Position numbers and translations under genes: made by a program. The notes beneath the pieces are model-generated. The model was not told where the DNA came from, did not search any database, and saw only the letters and a list, made by a program, of their open reading frames with translations. From Lysobacterales bacterium (GTDB taxonomy: Bacteria; Pseudomonadota; Gammaproteobacteria; Xanthomonadales; SZUA-36), in contig JABDPF010000077.1 of NCBI GenBank assembly GCA_013042915.1, positions 2,676 through 66,675 on the forward strand: a stretch of 64,000 bases of DNA, given 5' to 3'. Positions 1-10,152 of this stretch are shown here, one piece after another. Within the stretch, counting starts at the first letter, position 1. Each line of letters begins with the position of its first letter.

Positions 1-356
1 CGGATCGAGATACCCGATACGCTGCCCTTGAAGCGGTGTCCGGTGGCGCCGGTAATCTGCTCGATGGCTTCACCCACCGACAGGCTGGGGATGTCGCCGA
101 TATCGCCGATACTCAACGCGTCGACGATGCCGGTCGCCGACCGCTTGATTTCGATTGAATTCTGGAGTGCGCGGCGCGTGCCGCTGACGATGACCTCTTC
201 CATCATGTTTTCAGCGTCGGCTTCGCCGTCAGTGTCGGCCTGGTCCTGCGCCATGGCCGGCATGTGCGCAAGCATGAAGCCCAGCGCCAGGGACTGGAAT
301 ACCGTTGACTTTGATGTGCCGCAAAATTGCGGGTCTCTAATCTCTCTATTTTTCAT
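1..356 (-). CDS. TonB-dependent receptor, N-terminal part (gene continues past the left window edge)
   Basis: Own minus-strand translation from the ATG at 356 gives MKNREIRDPQFCGTSKSTVFQSLALGFMLAHMPAMA-QDQ, a signal peptide. It continues EEVIVSGTRRALQNSIEIKRSATGIVDALSIGDIGDIPSLSVGEAIEQITG, a typical plug-domain start. The ORF is open-ended, so it is absent from the ORF track. Confidence 0.7.
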   Translation of the reverse strand, partial: MKNREIRDPQFCGTSKSTVFQSLALGFMLAHMPAMAQDQADTDGEADAENMMEEVIVSGTRRALQNSIEIKRSATGIVDALSIGDIGDIPSLSVGEAIEQITGATGHRFKGSVSGISI

Positions 357-412
357 TACTCCCACCCTATGTATGGCGATTTGGTAGCCTCGTGAGTATA
401 ACCAGAATTTAA

Positions 413-580
413 CATTATGGTCAACCAAACGTGCAACCACTGAATTGATTTCTATCTTCACATCATTTTGACCAATCAATGGGCATGGAAATATCAGAAA
501 ATGAAAAAACCGGTCTTCAGGAAGTTTTTAAGCCTGTATTAAGCGTCAATTGGTTATATTCCTTTATGACCAATCGATTT
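413..580. promoter_or_regulatory. AT-rich divergent promoter region with repeated TGGT/ACCA and ATTGGT/ACCAAT half-sites (candidate GntR-family operators)
   Basis: Sites seen: TGGTCAACCA (418-427), TGACCAAT (469-476), and TCAATTGGT (546-554) paired with ACCAATCGA (569-577) as an 8/9 inverted repeat. FadR/UxuR-type GntR regulators bind TGGT..ACCA-like palindromes. The region lies between the divergent receptor gene and the GntR gene. Confidence 0.4.
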
Positions 581-648
581 GCACGTGGTATTATCATCCG
601 CAAAACCGATTGTATTGCGGTTATGTAAGATACTAAGGACAGTAGAAG

Positions 649-1446
649 ATGGCTAACGCGAAAAGGTTATACCGGGACGTGCTGGAAAAGATGCTGGAAC
701 TGATCGACTCCGGCGAATTTCCAGCCGGCGGCAGGCTGCCGCCCGAGCGTGAACTGGCGGAACGTTTCAACGTCAGCCGGCCCACCGTGCGCGAGGCAAT
801 CATCGCATTGGAAGCGCTCGAACGGGTGAACGTGAAAACCGGCTCGGGCGTTTACGTGCTGGACCACCCCGACCTCAGCGGTAATTCCTATTACAGCATG
901 AGCCCGTTCGAATTGACCGAGGCGCGCGCCTTGATCGAAGGCGAAGCCGCGGCGCTCGCCGCCAAGATGATCACCGAGGAAGAGCTCGAGGCGCTGAAGG
1001 AAACGTTGGAGAAAATGTCCCGTGAAAGCGATACGGGCGACCTGGCCGATGGAGACGCGGACCGGGAATTCCACCATTTGATCGCCCTGGCCACGCGCAA
1101 CCGGATGATCCAGTTGATCATCGACCAGTTGTGGTTCGTACGTAACAACGCGCCACAGGTGCACAAGGCTTACAAGACGATCTGCGACGAGGACGGCCAC
1201 AAGCGGGTGGAAGAACACCGCGAAATTTACGAAGCGCTCGCTCACGGCGATTCCGAGGCCGCGAGAACGGCCATGCACTGGCATTTCTCACGCATCCTCA
1301 ACAAGCTGATATCGACCAGCGAAGCCGAGGAGTTCGAGAAAATCAAGCGGCAGTCCGAGCAGGTGCGCAAGCGCTTTTCACTGGACCACCTGGTTTCCGG
1401 CGACCCGAGACGGCCTTACGAAGAAGAACGGTTCCGCAATAATTGA
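649..1446 (+). CDS. GntR-family transcriptional regulator (FadR subfamily, FCD domain)
   Basis: N-terminal winged HTH signature LPPERELAERFNVSRPTVREAIIALE, followed by an all-helical C-terminal domain. AAGGA lies upstream of the ATG. Confidence 0.9.
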   Translation: MANAKRLYRDVLEKMLELIDSGEFPAGGRLPPERELAERFNVSRPTVREAIIALEALERVNVKTGSGVYVLDHPDLSGNSYYSMSPFELTEARALIEGEAAALAAKMITEEELEALKETLEKMSRESDTGDLADGDADREFHHLIALATRNRMIQLIIDQLWFVRNNAPQVHKAYKTICDEDGHKRVEEHREIYEALAHGDSEAARTAMHWHFSRILNKLISTSEAEEFEKIKRQSEQVRKRFSLDHLVSGDPRRPYEEERFRNN

Positions 1447-1463
1447 AAGACGGCCTGAGTGCG

Positions 1464-3776
1464 TTACCGGGGTAGCTGAGAGGCCTCACCCGGCCTGAGC
1501 TCCAGACGATCGGCTTCTCGTGTGGGCCCTTCGACCGTCACCTTGGAGACCCGGTAACCGAGCCAGGTCACTTTGCCCCCCGCCGAGGCCTTGGCCAGGA
1601 ACAGGTCACTCCGGTCGTCCAGGCTGAAGCGCGCATCCCCTTTCTCGAACCAGGTCGCTCCCATCAGGAAAACGCCCTCCCCGGATTCGATTGCCACCGA
1701 AGCGTCAGATCGGAATTCCGCGGATTGCAGCGCCTCTCCCTCGCGAATCCTGATGGTCCAGCGTCCGGACTCGAGCACACCGTTTACGAACATAGGATAC
1801 GGCAGACGGCCGGAGAATCCGGCATAAGGATAGAGCAGGGTCAGGAAGTCCCCGTGCTCGCGACTCTGCGTGTACACGAGGTTGCCCTTGCCGCGCCGGA
1901 GCTCCCGTGCCCAGGAATCCGGCGTCGCGCCCAACTGAACGATCTCCAGGCCCGAACCGTCGGCAAACGTGGCGCGGTGGTGAACATTGCCCTGCTCTTG
2001 CGAATAATGCCCCTGCCAGACCTGCTGATACTCATGTGGCCCGGTCGATGACTCAAGACGATCACGGACAATCCACCCCAGTCCTTTCAGGAACAGCACC
2101 GAGCGGAAGGTCGTGACGCCGAGTGCCTCGTAGCCGTCGTGGCTGCCGGCGAAAAAGTCCCAATCCGGACCCGGCCGCCAGGCGATTACCGTGGGGTTTG
2201 GAAGGAATCCCCACTTGCCAAACCCCGACCCTCCCTTGTTCCCCCGCCAATCGCGCCCGTGCAACAGACCATCGACAAGGGTCACGTTCTTGACCCGTGA
2301 ATTCTTGAAATCGATGTAGTCGTCCAGCGAATACCTGACCTGGTAATTGGGCAGGATTTCCTGCCCGTTGGCGTGCGCGACCAGCCCGAGCATATCACCG
2401 TGCTGATGGTCCGGCTTTCGCTCGGAAAGCCCGGCCGAGATCACCAGGTGGTGATCACCGTCGGACCATCCTTCCCTCATCACGTAATACCCCGTTTGGG
2501 GTAGTGCGGAAGAGGCCAATTGTGGGCGACGCCGCTGCAGGTCTTCGAGGCGGCCGAACTGTTCCCCGCGCAACAGCCAATAAATGTCAGAGGCGACCGA
2601 CCGGGCGGCGAAATAGTTGATCTGCGGATCATCGAACAGAACGGCCCCCAGCATCATGAAGGCGTCCACCTCGTTGAACTCAGCCCAGGGCTGATCAGTG
2701 TCGTCCTGCAAGACCGGAAGGCGGCGATCCGGCCTCGCCAACACCACCGCTGCCTCGAACATCTTCTTGAGGCGGCGCTCCCATTGCGTGGGGACGTCAA
2801 AACCGTTGATTCTGGCCAACTGCATCACGCGGAAATAGTTCAACACGTCTCCGGTGTGGTAGTGGACGGAGCGCTCGAACTGGAAACCGTCCGCATTGAC
2901 TTCCCTCTCCAGGTGTTCATCGAGGATCGCCATCGCGTTCTCGTACCAGGCCTCGGTGCCGGCGAAATCCCGAAACAGGATCGCGATCAGGGCCAGGGCC
3001 ACCGCGCCGCGGGTCTGGTGATTGCCGTAGCGGAACTTCTGGTTTTTCTGGTGCAGGATTGCGCCGGTGTGCAGCAAGGTTCGCACTAGTTCGACCTGGT
3101 CCTGCCAGCGGTACGCGTCCGAGCCCAGAAAAAAGGCATGCACCTGCAGCCAGTTCAGCACGCGGTAACCGGCACGAAAGGACTCGTAGACGCCGTTGCC
3201 GCCCTCGTCATCCTCGAACTCACCGGCCATGAAGGCCCGGTTCAGCGAACGCATCTGCCCGGTGAAATAGTCGACATGGACCGGGTCGCGTTTGTCGTAA
3301 AGATGCACGAAGGCCATGTCGAGCATTTTGTGTTGGCGCGCCAGGTGCCTGAGTTCGTAGGCTGTGACCTCGTTTCCCTTCAGATTGCGGTAAGGCAGTT
3401 TCCAGCGGGCGGCGGCAGGGTAAAGGCCCGCATGTATTTTGGCGAGACTGCGGTGTTGAGCCTCACGTGACGGGAACCGCTTGCGGTAGTCGTCGAAACG
3501 GCCCTCGACCCTGCGCCAATCGAAGTAATAACGCTCGGCGAAGGCATCGCGAAGCCGGGCCGCCAGGTGCTGCAAAGCCGCGTCCGGGTCTTCGTCGTAG
3601 AGCGCCTGGATTGCTGCCGCTTCGGGAAAAGACTGCGGATCCAGCATGGCGACCAATTCTGTATCCGACAGCAGGCGGTCCGTCGTCACCCACTCGGGCG
3701 GAACGTCCGATCCCTGCGCACTCGGCGGGCCGGAGCACAGCAGGCCGGCAAGAAACAGCATGAATAGCGATCGCAT
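1464..3776 (-). CDS. Secreted heparinase II/III-family polysaccharide lyase
   Basis: A ~770 aa ORF with signal peptide MRSLFMLFLAGLLCSGPPSAQG. Its size and overall sequence character recall the alginate-lyase-like N-domain plus heparinase II/III C-domain architecture. The track start at 3797 is a GTG; the ATG at 3776 gives a clean signal peptide. Confidence 0.65.
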   Translation of the reverse strand: MRSLFMLFLAGLLCSGPPSAQGSDVPPEWVTTDRLLSDTELVAMLDPQSFPEAAAIQALYDEDPDAALQHLAARLRDAFAERYYFDWRRVEGRFDDYRKRFPSREAQHRSLAKIHAGLYPAAARWKLPYRNLKGNEVTAYELRHLARQHKMLDMAFVHLYDKRDPVHVDYFTGQMRSLNRAFMAGEFEDDEGGNGVYESFRAGYRVLNWLQVHAFFLGSDAYRWQDQVELVRTLLHTGAILHQKNQKFRYGNHQTRGAVALALIAILFRDFAGTEAWYENAMAILDEHLEREVNADGFQFERSVHYHTGDVLNYFRVMQLARINGFDVPTQWERRLKKMFEAAVVLARPDRRLPVLQDDTDQPWAEFNEVDAFMMLGAVLFDDPQINYFAARSVASDIYWLLRGEQFGRLEDLQRRRPQLASSALPQTGYYVMREGWSDGDHHLVISAGLSERKPDHQHGDMLGLVAHANGQEILPNYQVRYSLDDYIDFKNSRVKNVTLVDGLLHGRDWRGNKGGSGFGKWGFLPNPTVIAWRPGPDWDFFAGSHDGYEALGVTTFRSVLFLKGLGWIVRDRLESSTGPHEYQQVWQGHYSQEQGNVHHRATFADGSGLEIVQLGATPDSWARELRRGKGNLVYTQSREHGDFLTLLYPYAGFSGRLPYPMFVNGVLESGRWTIRIREGEALQSAEFRSDASVAIESGEGVFLMGATWFEKGDARFSLDDRSDLFLAKASAGGKVTWLGYRVSKVTVEGPTREADRLELRPGEASQLPR

Positions 3777-3886
3777 CGTGGTTCCCGGTAAATGCACTCA
3801 ACGGCATTCTAGAGCGATCCGTGCACTCGGCGCCACGCCCGGAGTAGAATCGACGGCCATGTATTGCCTGCGCAAGGGTCCCGACC

Positions 3887-4813
3887 ATGATCACACGACG
3901 CCAACTCCTCGCCTCTCTGGCCGCCGCCGCGTGGGCGCCAATCGGCCGTTCGGCCAGCACCGTCCCAGCGAGGAGCGGTCGCAAGATACACCTGTTTTCC
4001 AAACACCTGCAGTGGCTGGACTACGACGCCATGGCGGAAACCGCGGCAGCCATCGGCTTCGACGGGATCGACCTCACCGTGCGGCCCGGCGGGCACGTCT
4101 CACCCGAGCACGTAACGCGCGACCTGCCCCGAGCGATCGCAGCCATCCGCGGCGCCGGCCTGGTCGCCGACCGCATCACGACCGCCATCGTTGACCCCGA
4201 CGATCCTGAAACGGACCGAATCCTGGGAGTCGCTGCGGATCAGGGCATCCGGATCAGCCGGCTGGGTTGGCTGAAGTACGACCGCGTTAGACCCTTGCCT
4301 TCGCAGATCGAAGATCATCGCTTGCAGATGGAACAACTGGCGCAGCTTCACGAACGGCGCGGCCTCCACGGCGCCTACCAGAACCACGCCGGCACGGGCG
4401 TTGGGGCTGCGGTCTGGGACGCCTGGCTGATCACGCGAGAACTGGATCCGCGTTGGCTGGGCATCCGCTACGACATCCGCCACGCGGTCGCCGAGGGCAG
4501 TCGCTCCTGGGAACTCGGCCTGCGGTTGGTCGCCCGGCATATTCGCTCGTTGGACATCAAGGACTTCCGGTGGGTAGAGACCAAACCCGGCGAGTGGGGC
4601 GTGGAAAGCGTACCGCTCGGCGACGGTGCCGTGCCGTTCGCTGACTATTTCAGAATACTGGAGCGCCGGCAGGTGGAAGGAGATATGACGCTGCACTTCG
4701 AGTACCCGCTGGGTGGTGCGGACAAGGGCAAGACCCGGTTGAGCGTTCCCGCTGCTGATGTATTGGCCGCCATGCGCCGTGATCTGCACTATCTGCGCCG
4801 TATGCAGCGATAG
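3887..4813 (+). CDS. Sugar phosphate isomerase/epimerase (xylose isomerase-like TIM barrel) with Tat-type leader
   Basis: N-terminus MITRRQLLASLAAAAWAP has a twin-arginine motif. The body resembles the AP endonuclease 2 / xylose isomerase-like TIM barrel family. Confidence 0.7.
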   Translation: MITRRQLLASLAAAAWAPIGRSASTVPARSGRKIHLFSKHLQWLDYDAMAETAAAIGFDGIDLTVRPGGHVSPEHVTRDLPRAIAAIRGAGLVADRITTAIVDPDDPETDRILGVAADQGIRISRLGWLKYDRVRPLPSQIEDHRLQMEQLAQLHERRGLHGAYQNHAGTGVGAAVWDAWLITRELDPRWLGIRYDIRHAVAEGSRSWELGLRLVARHIRSLDIKDFRWVETKPGEWGVESVPLGDGAVPFADYFRILERRQVEGDMTLHFEYPLGGADKGKTRLSVPAADVLAAMRRDLHYLRRMQR

Positions 4814-4875
4814 GGCTGGATTCGATCGAGTCGTTTCAACAACATCCGGGTGTGGAGACGGGTTAAAGTACGGGC

Positions 4876-6093
4876 ATGTTCGGAAACCTGCTGCCATTCC
4901 TGATGTTCGGCATCCTGCTTGCCGCGATAGTCACGCGCCCCCTCCAACGGGTTCGCTGGCTTTCGCTGCCGGTGGTGCTGGTCGTTGCCGGTTTCGTCGC
5001 GTCCGAGGCCTGGGTCGCACTGGGCATGGACACCGGCCTGCGCTGGAACATCCTACGCGACCTGGTGTTCTACCTGTTGCTGCCCATCCTGATATTCGAG
5101 GCGGCCATCAATATCGACGCGCGCAGCCTGCGCCGCGAAGGCTTCCTGATCGGCACGATGGCGGTTCCCCTGCTTCTAATCGCCACGGGTATAGCCGCGG
5201 CGCTGTTCATGACCCTGATGGGCGATGCGCTGGGCGGTAGCTGGGCGCTGGCGCTGCTCACCGGCGCCATGATCTGCGCCACCGACCCGACGATGGTTTC
5301 CGGGCTGCTGGGCGGTGACGGCCAATCGCGACGTATCGAACAGATTCTCGAGGGCGAAAGCCTGGTCAACGACGCGACCACGATCACGCTGTTCGTTATG
5401 ATTTCAGGTCTCTTGCTCTCGCCCACCTCGGAGATCACTGCCCTTGGCGTCGCGGGCCGCTTCCTGCTCACACTGCTGGGCGGGGCCGCGATCGGGGTCG
5501 CTCTGGGCTGGCTGTTCGACAAGCTGATCGACCCGGCCAACGACAAGGTACTGGCCACTTCCGCAACGCTGGTGCTGGCGTTTTCCAGTTTCTGGATCGG
5601 CGAGCACCTGCTGGGGTTCAGCGGCGTGGTCGCGACCCTGAGCGCCGGCCTGACCGTGGCCTGGCGTCAGCGCACACACCGTTCGGAGACCGACATCGCC
5701 TTCGCCCTCGACTCCTGGCGTATCCTGGGTTTTTGCGCCAGCGCCATGCTGTTCTTCGCTGTCGGGATGAGCATCACCCTGCAAATGTTCGCCGATCATT
5801 GGCTGGCAATGATGATCGGCATCGGCGCGGCCCTGGTTTCCCGCGCGGCCATCGTGTTCCTGGGTGTCGGTCCGCTGTCCCTGCTGCCACGGGTGGACCG
5901 TATCGGTCTCAGCGGGCAAAACCTGTTGATGTGGGGCGGCATCCGTGGCGCGGTGGCCATCGCGCTGGCGCTCTCACTGAGCTTCGACATCCCGCATTGG
6001 TACACGATCCAGAGCACCGTTTACGGCGTGGCGCTGTTCAGCCTGGTCGTGCAGACCCCGTTGCTGCCCATCCTGAGCAGGAATCCAAGTTGA
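4876..6093 (+). CDS. Cation:proton antiporter (CPA1, Na+/H+ exchanger family)
   Basis: Polytopic membrane protein with the ATDP motif (MICATDPTMVSGLL) and LEGESLVNDATTI, both typical of NhaP-type exchangers. Confidence 0.8.
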   Translation: MFGNLLPFLMFGILLAAIVTRPLQRVRWLSLPVVLVVAGFVASEAWVALGMDTGLRWNILRDLVFYLLLPILIFEAAINIDARSLRREGFLIGTMAVPLLLIATGIAAALFMTLMGDALGGSWALALLTGAMICATDPTMVSGLLGGDGQSRRIEQILEGESLVNDATTITLFVMISGLLLSPTSEITALGVAGRFLLTLLGGAAIGVALGWLFDKLIDPANDKVLATSATLVLAFSSFWIGEHLLGFSGVVATLSAGLTVAWRQRTHRSETDIAFALDSWRILGFCASAMLFFAVGMSITLQMFADHWLAMMIGIGAALVSRAAIVFLGVGPLSLLPRVDRIGLSGQNLLMWGGIRGAVAIALALSLSFDIPHWYTIQSTVYGVALFSLVVQTPLLPILSRNPS

Positions 6094-6126
6094 CCGCCCG
6101 GCGGCGTGGCACTGCCGGGCATCGGG

Positions 6127-8307
6127 TCAGATAACGATATTTGCCCTGCGCCAGGGCTGTTCACGGATGCGCACGCCGGTCGCCGCAAACACCGCGTTGG
6201 CGATCGCCGGCGTGGCCGGCGCGATTGGCGGTTCGCCCAGGCCCATCGGCGGGAAATCGCTCTGGATGAAGTGAACCTCCACCTCGGGAGCCTGGTCGAT
6301 GGTGGCCAGCATGTAATCGTGAAAATTGCTCTGCTCGATCGCGCCGCCGTCGAAGGTCAGCTCCAACTGGGCCGTGCTGAGGGCATCCACGATGGCGCCT
6401 TCCACCTGGTTCCTGGCCCCACTGAGATTGATGACGGGGCCGCAATCGACACCGGACCATACCTTCTCGACCTTCACGCGGTTGCCGTCGGCCTTCACCT
6501 GGGCCACGTGCGAGACGAAGCTGCCGTGATCGAAGTGGAAGGCCATGCCGAGCCCGCGGTTCGCGCCGGGGTCGCGGCCCCAGCCGGCGGCCTCCGCCGC
6601 CTTGTGCAGGGTGCCGGCCGTGCGCTCAAGGTCCAGCGGCGGCTCGCCATAGGCTTTCGAGAGCAGGTCCAGGCGGAATGCCAGCTGATCGCGTTCGGCG
6701 GCCAATGCCACCTCGTCGAAAAAGCTCTGATAGGCCCAGCAATAGGCCGAGTGACCGGGCGAGCGCCACGGCCCGGTGCGGACGTTGCACTCGATCAGCG
6801 ATTGCCTGAGGCGGAAGTTGGGGACCAGCCCGGCCGGGTAATGCCCGGGACTCAAGGAGGCGCCCGATACGGTGCTGCCGTCGCGGCCAAAGGTGACGAA
6901 GTGGTGGTCGAACGCGGACATGCGGCCGTCGCTGCCTAATCCCGCCTTGAAATGATGCCAGGCGGCCGGACGTGAAAATCCATTTTTCATGTCGTCTTCA
7001 CGGGTCCACTGCAATTGCACCGGCCGCTTCACGACACGTGCGATCCAGGCCGCCTCCACCATGTAATCGTGGCGCAAGCGCCGGCCGAAGCCGCCACCGA
7101 TCCGGGTCAGCTGGATATCGATATTATCCGGGGGAATGTCCAGGGTCTCGGCGATAAGGCGGCGGGCGCCCCGGGGGTTCTGGCTCGGCGCCCACATCTC
7201 AAGTTTCCCCGATTCGTGATACAAAGCCGTTGCGACCTGGGGCTCGAGATTGGCGTGCGAAACGAAGGGGTAGTAGTAGCTGGCTTCAACGACTGTGTCA
7301 GCCGCCTCCAATGCTTTTTCCACATCACCATCGTGGCGCTGGGTCTCGCCTGCCTCTGCGGCCAGGCGCGCGGCTGCGTTTGCATATTCTCCGCTGGAAT
7401 CCGACTGCACGATTTGCCAATCAACCTCCAGCGCGTCGCGGGCCGCGTTCACCGCCCACCAGGTGTTACCGACGATCGCAACGCCAGGCGCCAATCCGCT
7501 TAGATTGTCGCTGCCCTCCACGACGAACGCGTGGGTGATGCCGTTCTGCTTGGCGATCGCATCCAGATTGGCGCTTCGCACCTTGCCCCCGGCCGACGGG
7601 CACTTGACGTACTGCGCGTACAGCATGCGGTCCCTGCGCACATCGCAGCCGAACAGGGGCTTGCCGTGGATAATCGCGGGGTTGTCCACACCCGGAACGA
7701 ACTTGCCCAGCAGACCGAACTGCTCTGGCCGCGTTTTCAGCTTCAGCATCGACACCTCGGGCACGGGCATCTCCGCTGCGCCGTCGAGGAAGTCTGCAAA
7801 AGGCGCCGAACGCCCGCTCGGCGGATGCGAGATGACCCCGGCCTGCGCGGTTAGCTCGTCAACACCGACTGTCCATTGGAGCGCGGCCGTCTGTTTTAAC
7901 AAGAACAATGCGCCGGCGCCCGCGATGCGCAGGTCGTCCCAACCATCCGGCGTACCGCGGCTGCCCCCGATCGCCTGGCGGCCGTAACGATCGTCCAGCG
8001 GTGCCTGTTCGACTTCCACGTTCTTCCAGTCCACTTCCAGGTGTTCGGCGACGACCATCGGGAACGCGGTCTTGACGCCCTGCCCCGCTTCCGGGTTCTT
8101 GCTGACGATAACGACCCGACCGTCGGGTTGTATCCGCACGTACAGGTTCGGCGCCCAGGTTTGGCCGGCGCCTTCACCGGCCATCGCCAGCCCGCTCCAG
8201 CCGACGCCCACTATCAGCGCGCCCGATGCGGCCAGCGAGACCTGCAAAAAGGCCCGGCGCTTGAGGTCCGGTTCTCCCGTCGATTGCTTCTTCTGATCCC
8301 GATTCAC
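6127..8307 (-). CDS. Molybdopterin-binding oxidoreductase large subunit (IorB / aldehyde oxidase-xanthine dehydrogenase family), Tat-exported
   Basis: Tat leader KRRAFLQVSLAASGALIVG. Size (726 aa) and family resemblance fit isoquinoline 1-oxidoreductase beta-like subunits. The GTG start overlaps the stop of the upstream 2Fe-2S subunit as GTGA. Confidence 0.85.
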   Translation of the reverse strand: MNRDQKKQSTGEPDLKRRAFLQVSLAASGALIVGVGWSGLAMAGEGAGQTWAPNLYVRIQPDGRVVIVSKNPEAGQGVKTAFPMVVAEHLEVDWKNVEVEQAPLDDRYGRQAIGGSRGTPDGWDDLRIAGAGALFLLKQTAALQWTVGVDELTAQAGVISHPPSGRSAPFADFLDGAAEMPVPEVSMLKLKTRPEQFGLLGKFVPGVDNPAIIHGKPLFGCDVRRDRMLYAQYVKCPSAGGKVRSANLDAIAKQNGITHAFVVEGSDNLSGLAPGVAIVGNTWWAVNAARDALEVDWQIVQSDSSGEYANAAARLAAEAGETQRHDGDVEKALEAADTVVEASYYYPFVSHANLEPQVATALYHESGKLEMWAPSQNPRGARRLIAETLDIPPDNIDIQLTRIGGGFGRRLRHDYMVEAAWIARVVKRPVQLQWTREDDMKNGFSRPAAWHHFKAGLGSDGRMSAFDHHFVTFGRDGSTVSGASLSPGHYPAGLVPNFRLRQSLIECNVRTGPWRSPGHSAYCWAYQSFFDEVALAAERDQLAFRLDLLSKAYGEPPLDLERTAGTLHKAAEAAGWGRDPGANRGLGMAFHFDHGSFVSHVAQVKADGNRVKVEKVWSGVDCGPVINLSGARNQVEGAIVDALSTAQLELTFDGGAIEQSNFHDYMLATIDQAPEVEVHFIQSDFPPMGLGEPPIAPATPAIANAVFAATGVRIREQPWRRANIVI

Positions 8308-8831
8308 GACTCACCCCCCTGCTCCGCCTTGTAATGGGCGGCCAGCTTGACGGCCTTGCGGATGCGTGGATAGGTTCCGCAACGACAGATGTTTCCCGTC
8401 ATGGCCTGGTCGATGGCCTGGTCGTCCGGGTCCGGGTTCTTGTCGAGCAGCGCCGCCGCCGACAGGATCTGCCCTCCCTGGCAGTAACCGCACTGAGCCA
8501 CGTCTTCCTCGTTCCAGGCGCGTTGCACCGGGTGTCCGCCCTCGGGATGAAAGCCCTCGATGGTCGTGATTTCCATGCCTTCGAGACCCTCGGCGGGCAT
8601 CGTGCACGACCGCACCGGTTCACCATCGAGCAACACGGTGCAGCTGCCGCACAGGCCGATGCCGCATCCGTACTTGGTGCCCACCAGGTTCAGCGTGTCG
8701 CGCAGCGCCCACAGAAGAGGCGTCTCTGATGTGACCTCCACCATGCGTTCCTCACCGTTGACCTTCAGGGTTACCTTGCTCATACGACGACTCCCGGCGC
8801 CTTGCGCGCTGCTTTGTTCCGACGAATTCAA
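8304..8831 (-). CDS. (2Fe-2S)-binding small subunit (IorA-like)
   Basis: Two [2Fe-2S] motifs: CGIGLCGSCTV and CGYCQGG...CRCGTY. Confidence 0.9.
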   Translation of the reverse strand: MNSSEQSSAQGAGSRRMSKVTLKVNGEERMVEVTSETPLLWALRDTLNLVGTKYGCGIGLCGSCTVLLDGEPVRSCTMPAEGLEGMEITTIEGFHPEGGHPVQRAWNEEDVAQCGYCQGGQILSAAALLDKNPDPDDQAIDQAMTGNICRCGTYPRIRKAVKLAAHYKAEQGGES

Positions 8832-8960
8832 TGATGATTGAGGACTTCGCCGGCGGCGTCAAGATGTTGCCTTTTTGAGGCATGATTGCCGGGCCAGGCA
8901 GACAGGGGGTCAGAGTAAGTCCCTTACCCTGACCCCGTTATTTCCCGCTTAGACGCCCGT

Positions 8961-10148
8961 TCAGACCAGCCCTGAAAGCGGCGCAACGGCCTTGCTGCCG
9001 GGAAAAACATACCGGTCGAGGTCGCCCCGGCTCACGCCCAGGTGGTCCCTGAGAACCCCCTTGAACAGCCCCCGAAGATCGTTGGCCGGGTACAGGTCGC
9101 GGTTCTCGAACAGTGCCGACGGCGCCAGCCCCGGCCAATCGCCCAGGATCCGGCCGCCCTTTACCGCGCCGCCGACGAGCAGCGCGGCGCCGCCCGTTCC
9201 GTGGTCCGTCCCGAGACTTCCGTTGACCCGCACGGTCCGGCCGAACTCGGTCACTACCAGCACGGCGGTGCGAGACCACATATCCCCCAGCGTTTCCCGC
9301 ACGGCCGCCAATCCGCGATCGAGTTGCCCCAGCCGCGCAGCCAATGCCCCGCCCTGCGCGCCCTGGTTACGGTGCGTGTCCCATCCGCCCAGCGACAGGA
9401 CCACCACGCCCGCCGCCCCGCTGGCAACCAGGTTGGCGCCCGCCTGCATCAACGGCTCGTAAGAGCGCCCGCGGGCGACGCCCCTGGCATCGCCTTCTAT
9501 TCCGCCCGCCGCCCTGTCCAGGGCCTGGGCATCCTGAAGTGCCGCATGCAGGGGTTCGTCATCCTCATACATGTGCATGAGCCGTCCCAGCGTATCGTCG
9601 TCCGGCTCGGGCAAGATCGACGGCGCCCAGGTAACGGCGTGGGCGTCTCCCCTGAGCAGCAGCGGCAAAGCGCCGGCAACCGCTGCCGCCTCGATACCGT
9701 CGGTGTGTTGCAAGGCCCGGTTGAGCCAGCCGTCACGGCTGGCCAGCACCTCTACGCCACCACTTTCCAGCACATCCTGCCCATCGAAATGCGAACGCTC
9801 ACGGTAGGGTGACGAGGCAGCATGCAGGATGGCGAGTTGCCCCTCGCGCCAGGACGCGTGCATTCCGCCAAGCGCGGGATGAAGCGCGAAGCCCTCCGAG
9901 CCCAGCGGCAGCGCGCCCCCTTTCTCGCCGGGCTTCGGCGGCACGAGTTTGCGGCGCAGGTCGTAGAGCCGGCTTTCCCGGTACGGGATGACGGCGCCGA
10001 GGCCGTCCAGCGCGCCGCGCAACACCACCACCATCAACTTCTGCTCGCTCGGGCCGCGGGCAAACGCGAGAGGCGCGGGAATCAGCCCGGCCCATCCCGC
10101 GGCGCCCATCATGCGGATGAACGATCGTCTCGAGTGTCTGCTGCTCAT
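8961..10148 (-). CDS. DUF1501 domain protein (sulfatase/phosphatase-like fold), Tat leader
   Basis: Tat leader SRRSFIRMMGAAG. Carries the family-typical TEFGRT...GTDHG motif. Confidence 0.85.
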   Translation of the reverse strand: MSSRHSRRSFIRMMGAAGWAGLIPAPLAFARGPSEQKLMVVVLRGALDGLGAVIPYRESRLYDLRRKLVPPKPGEKGGALPLGSEGFALHPALGGMHASWREGQLAILHAASSPYRERSHFDGQDVLESGGVEVLASRDGWLNRALQHTDGIEAAAVAGALPLLLRGDAHAVTWAPSILPEPDDDTLGRLMHMYEDDEPLHAALQDAQALDRAAGGIEGDARGVARGRSYEPLMQAGANLVASGAAGVVVLSLGGWDTHRNQGAQGGALAARLGQLDRGLAAVRETLGDMWSRTAVLVVTEFGRTVRVNGSLGTDHGTGGAALLVGGAVKGGRILGDWPGLAPSALFENRDLYPANDLRGLFKGVLRDHLGVSRGDLDRYVFPGSKAVAPLSGLV

Positions 10149-10152
10149 GCCG

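Noticed and set aside
28-387. 119 aa plus-strand ORF at the left edge
   Set aside because: The opposite strand encodes a clear TonB-dependent receptor signal peptide and plug domain.
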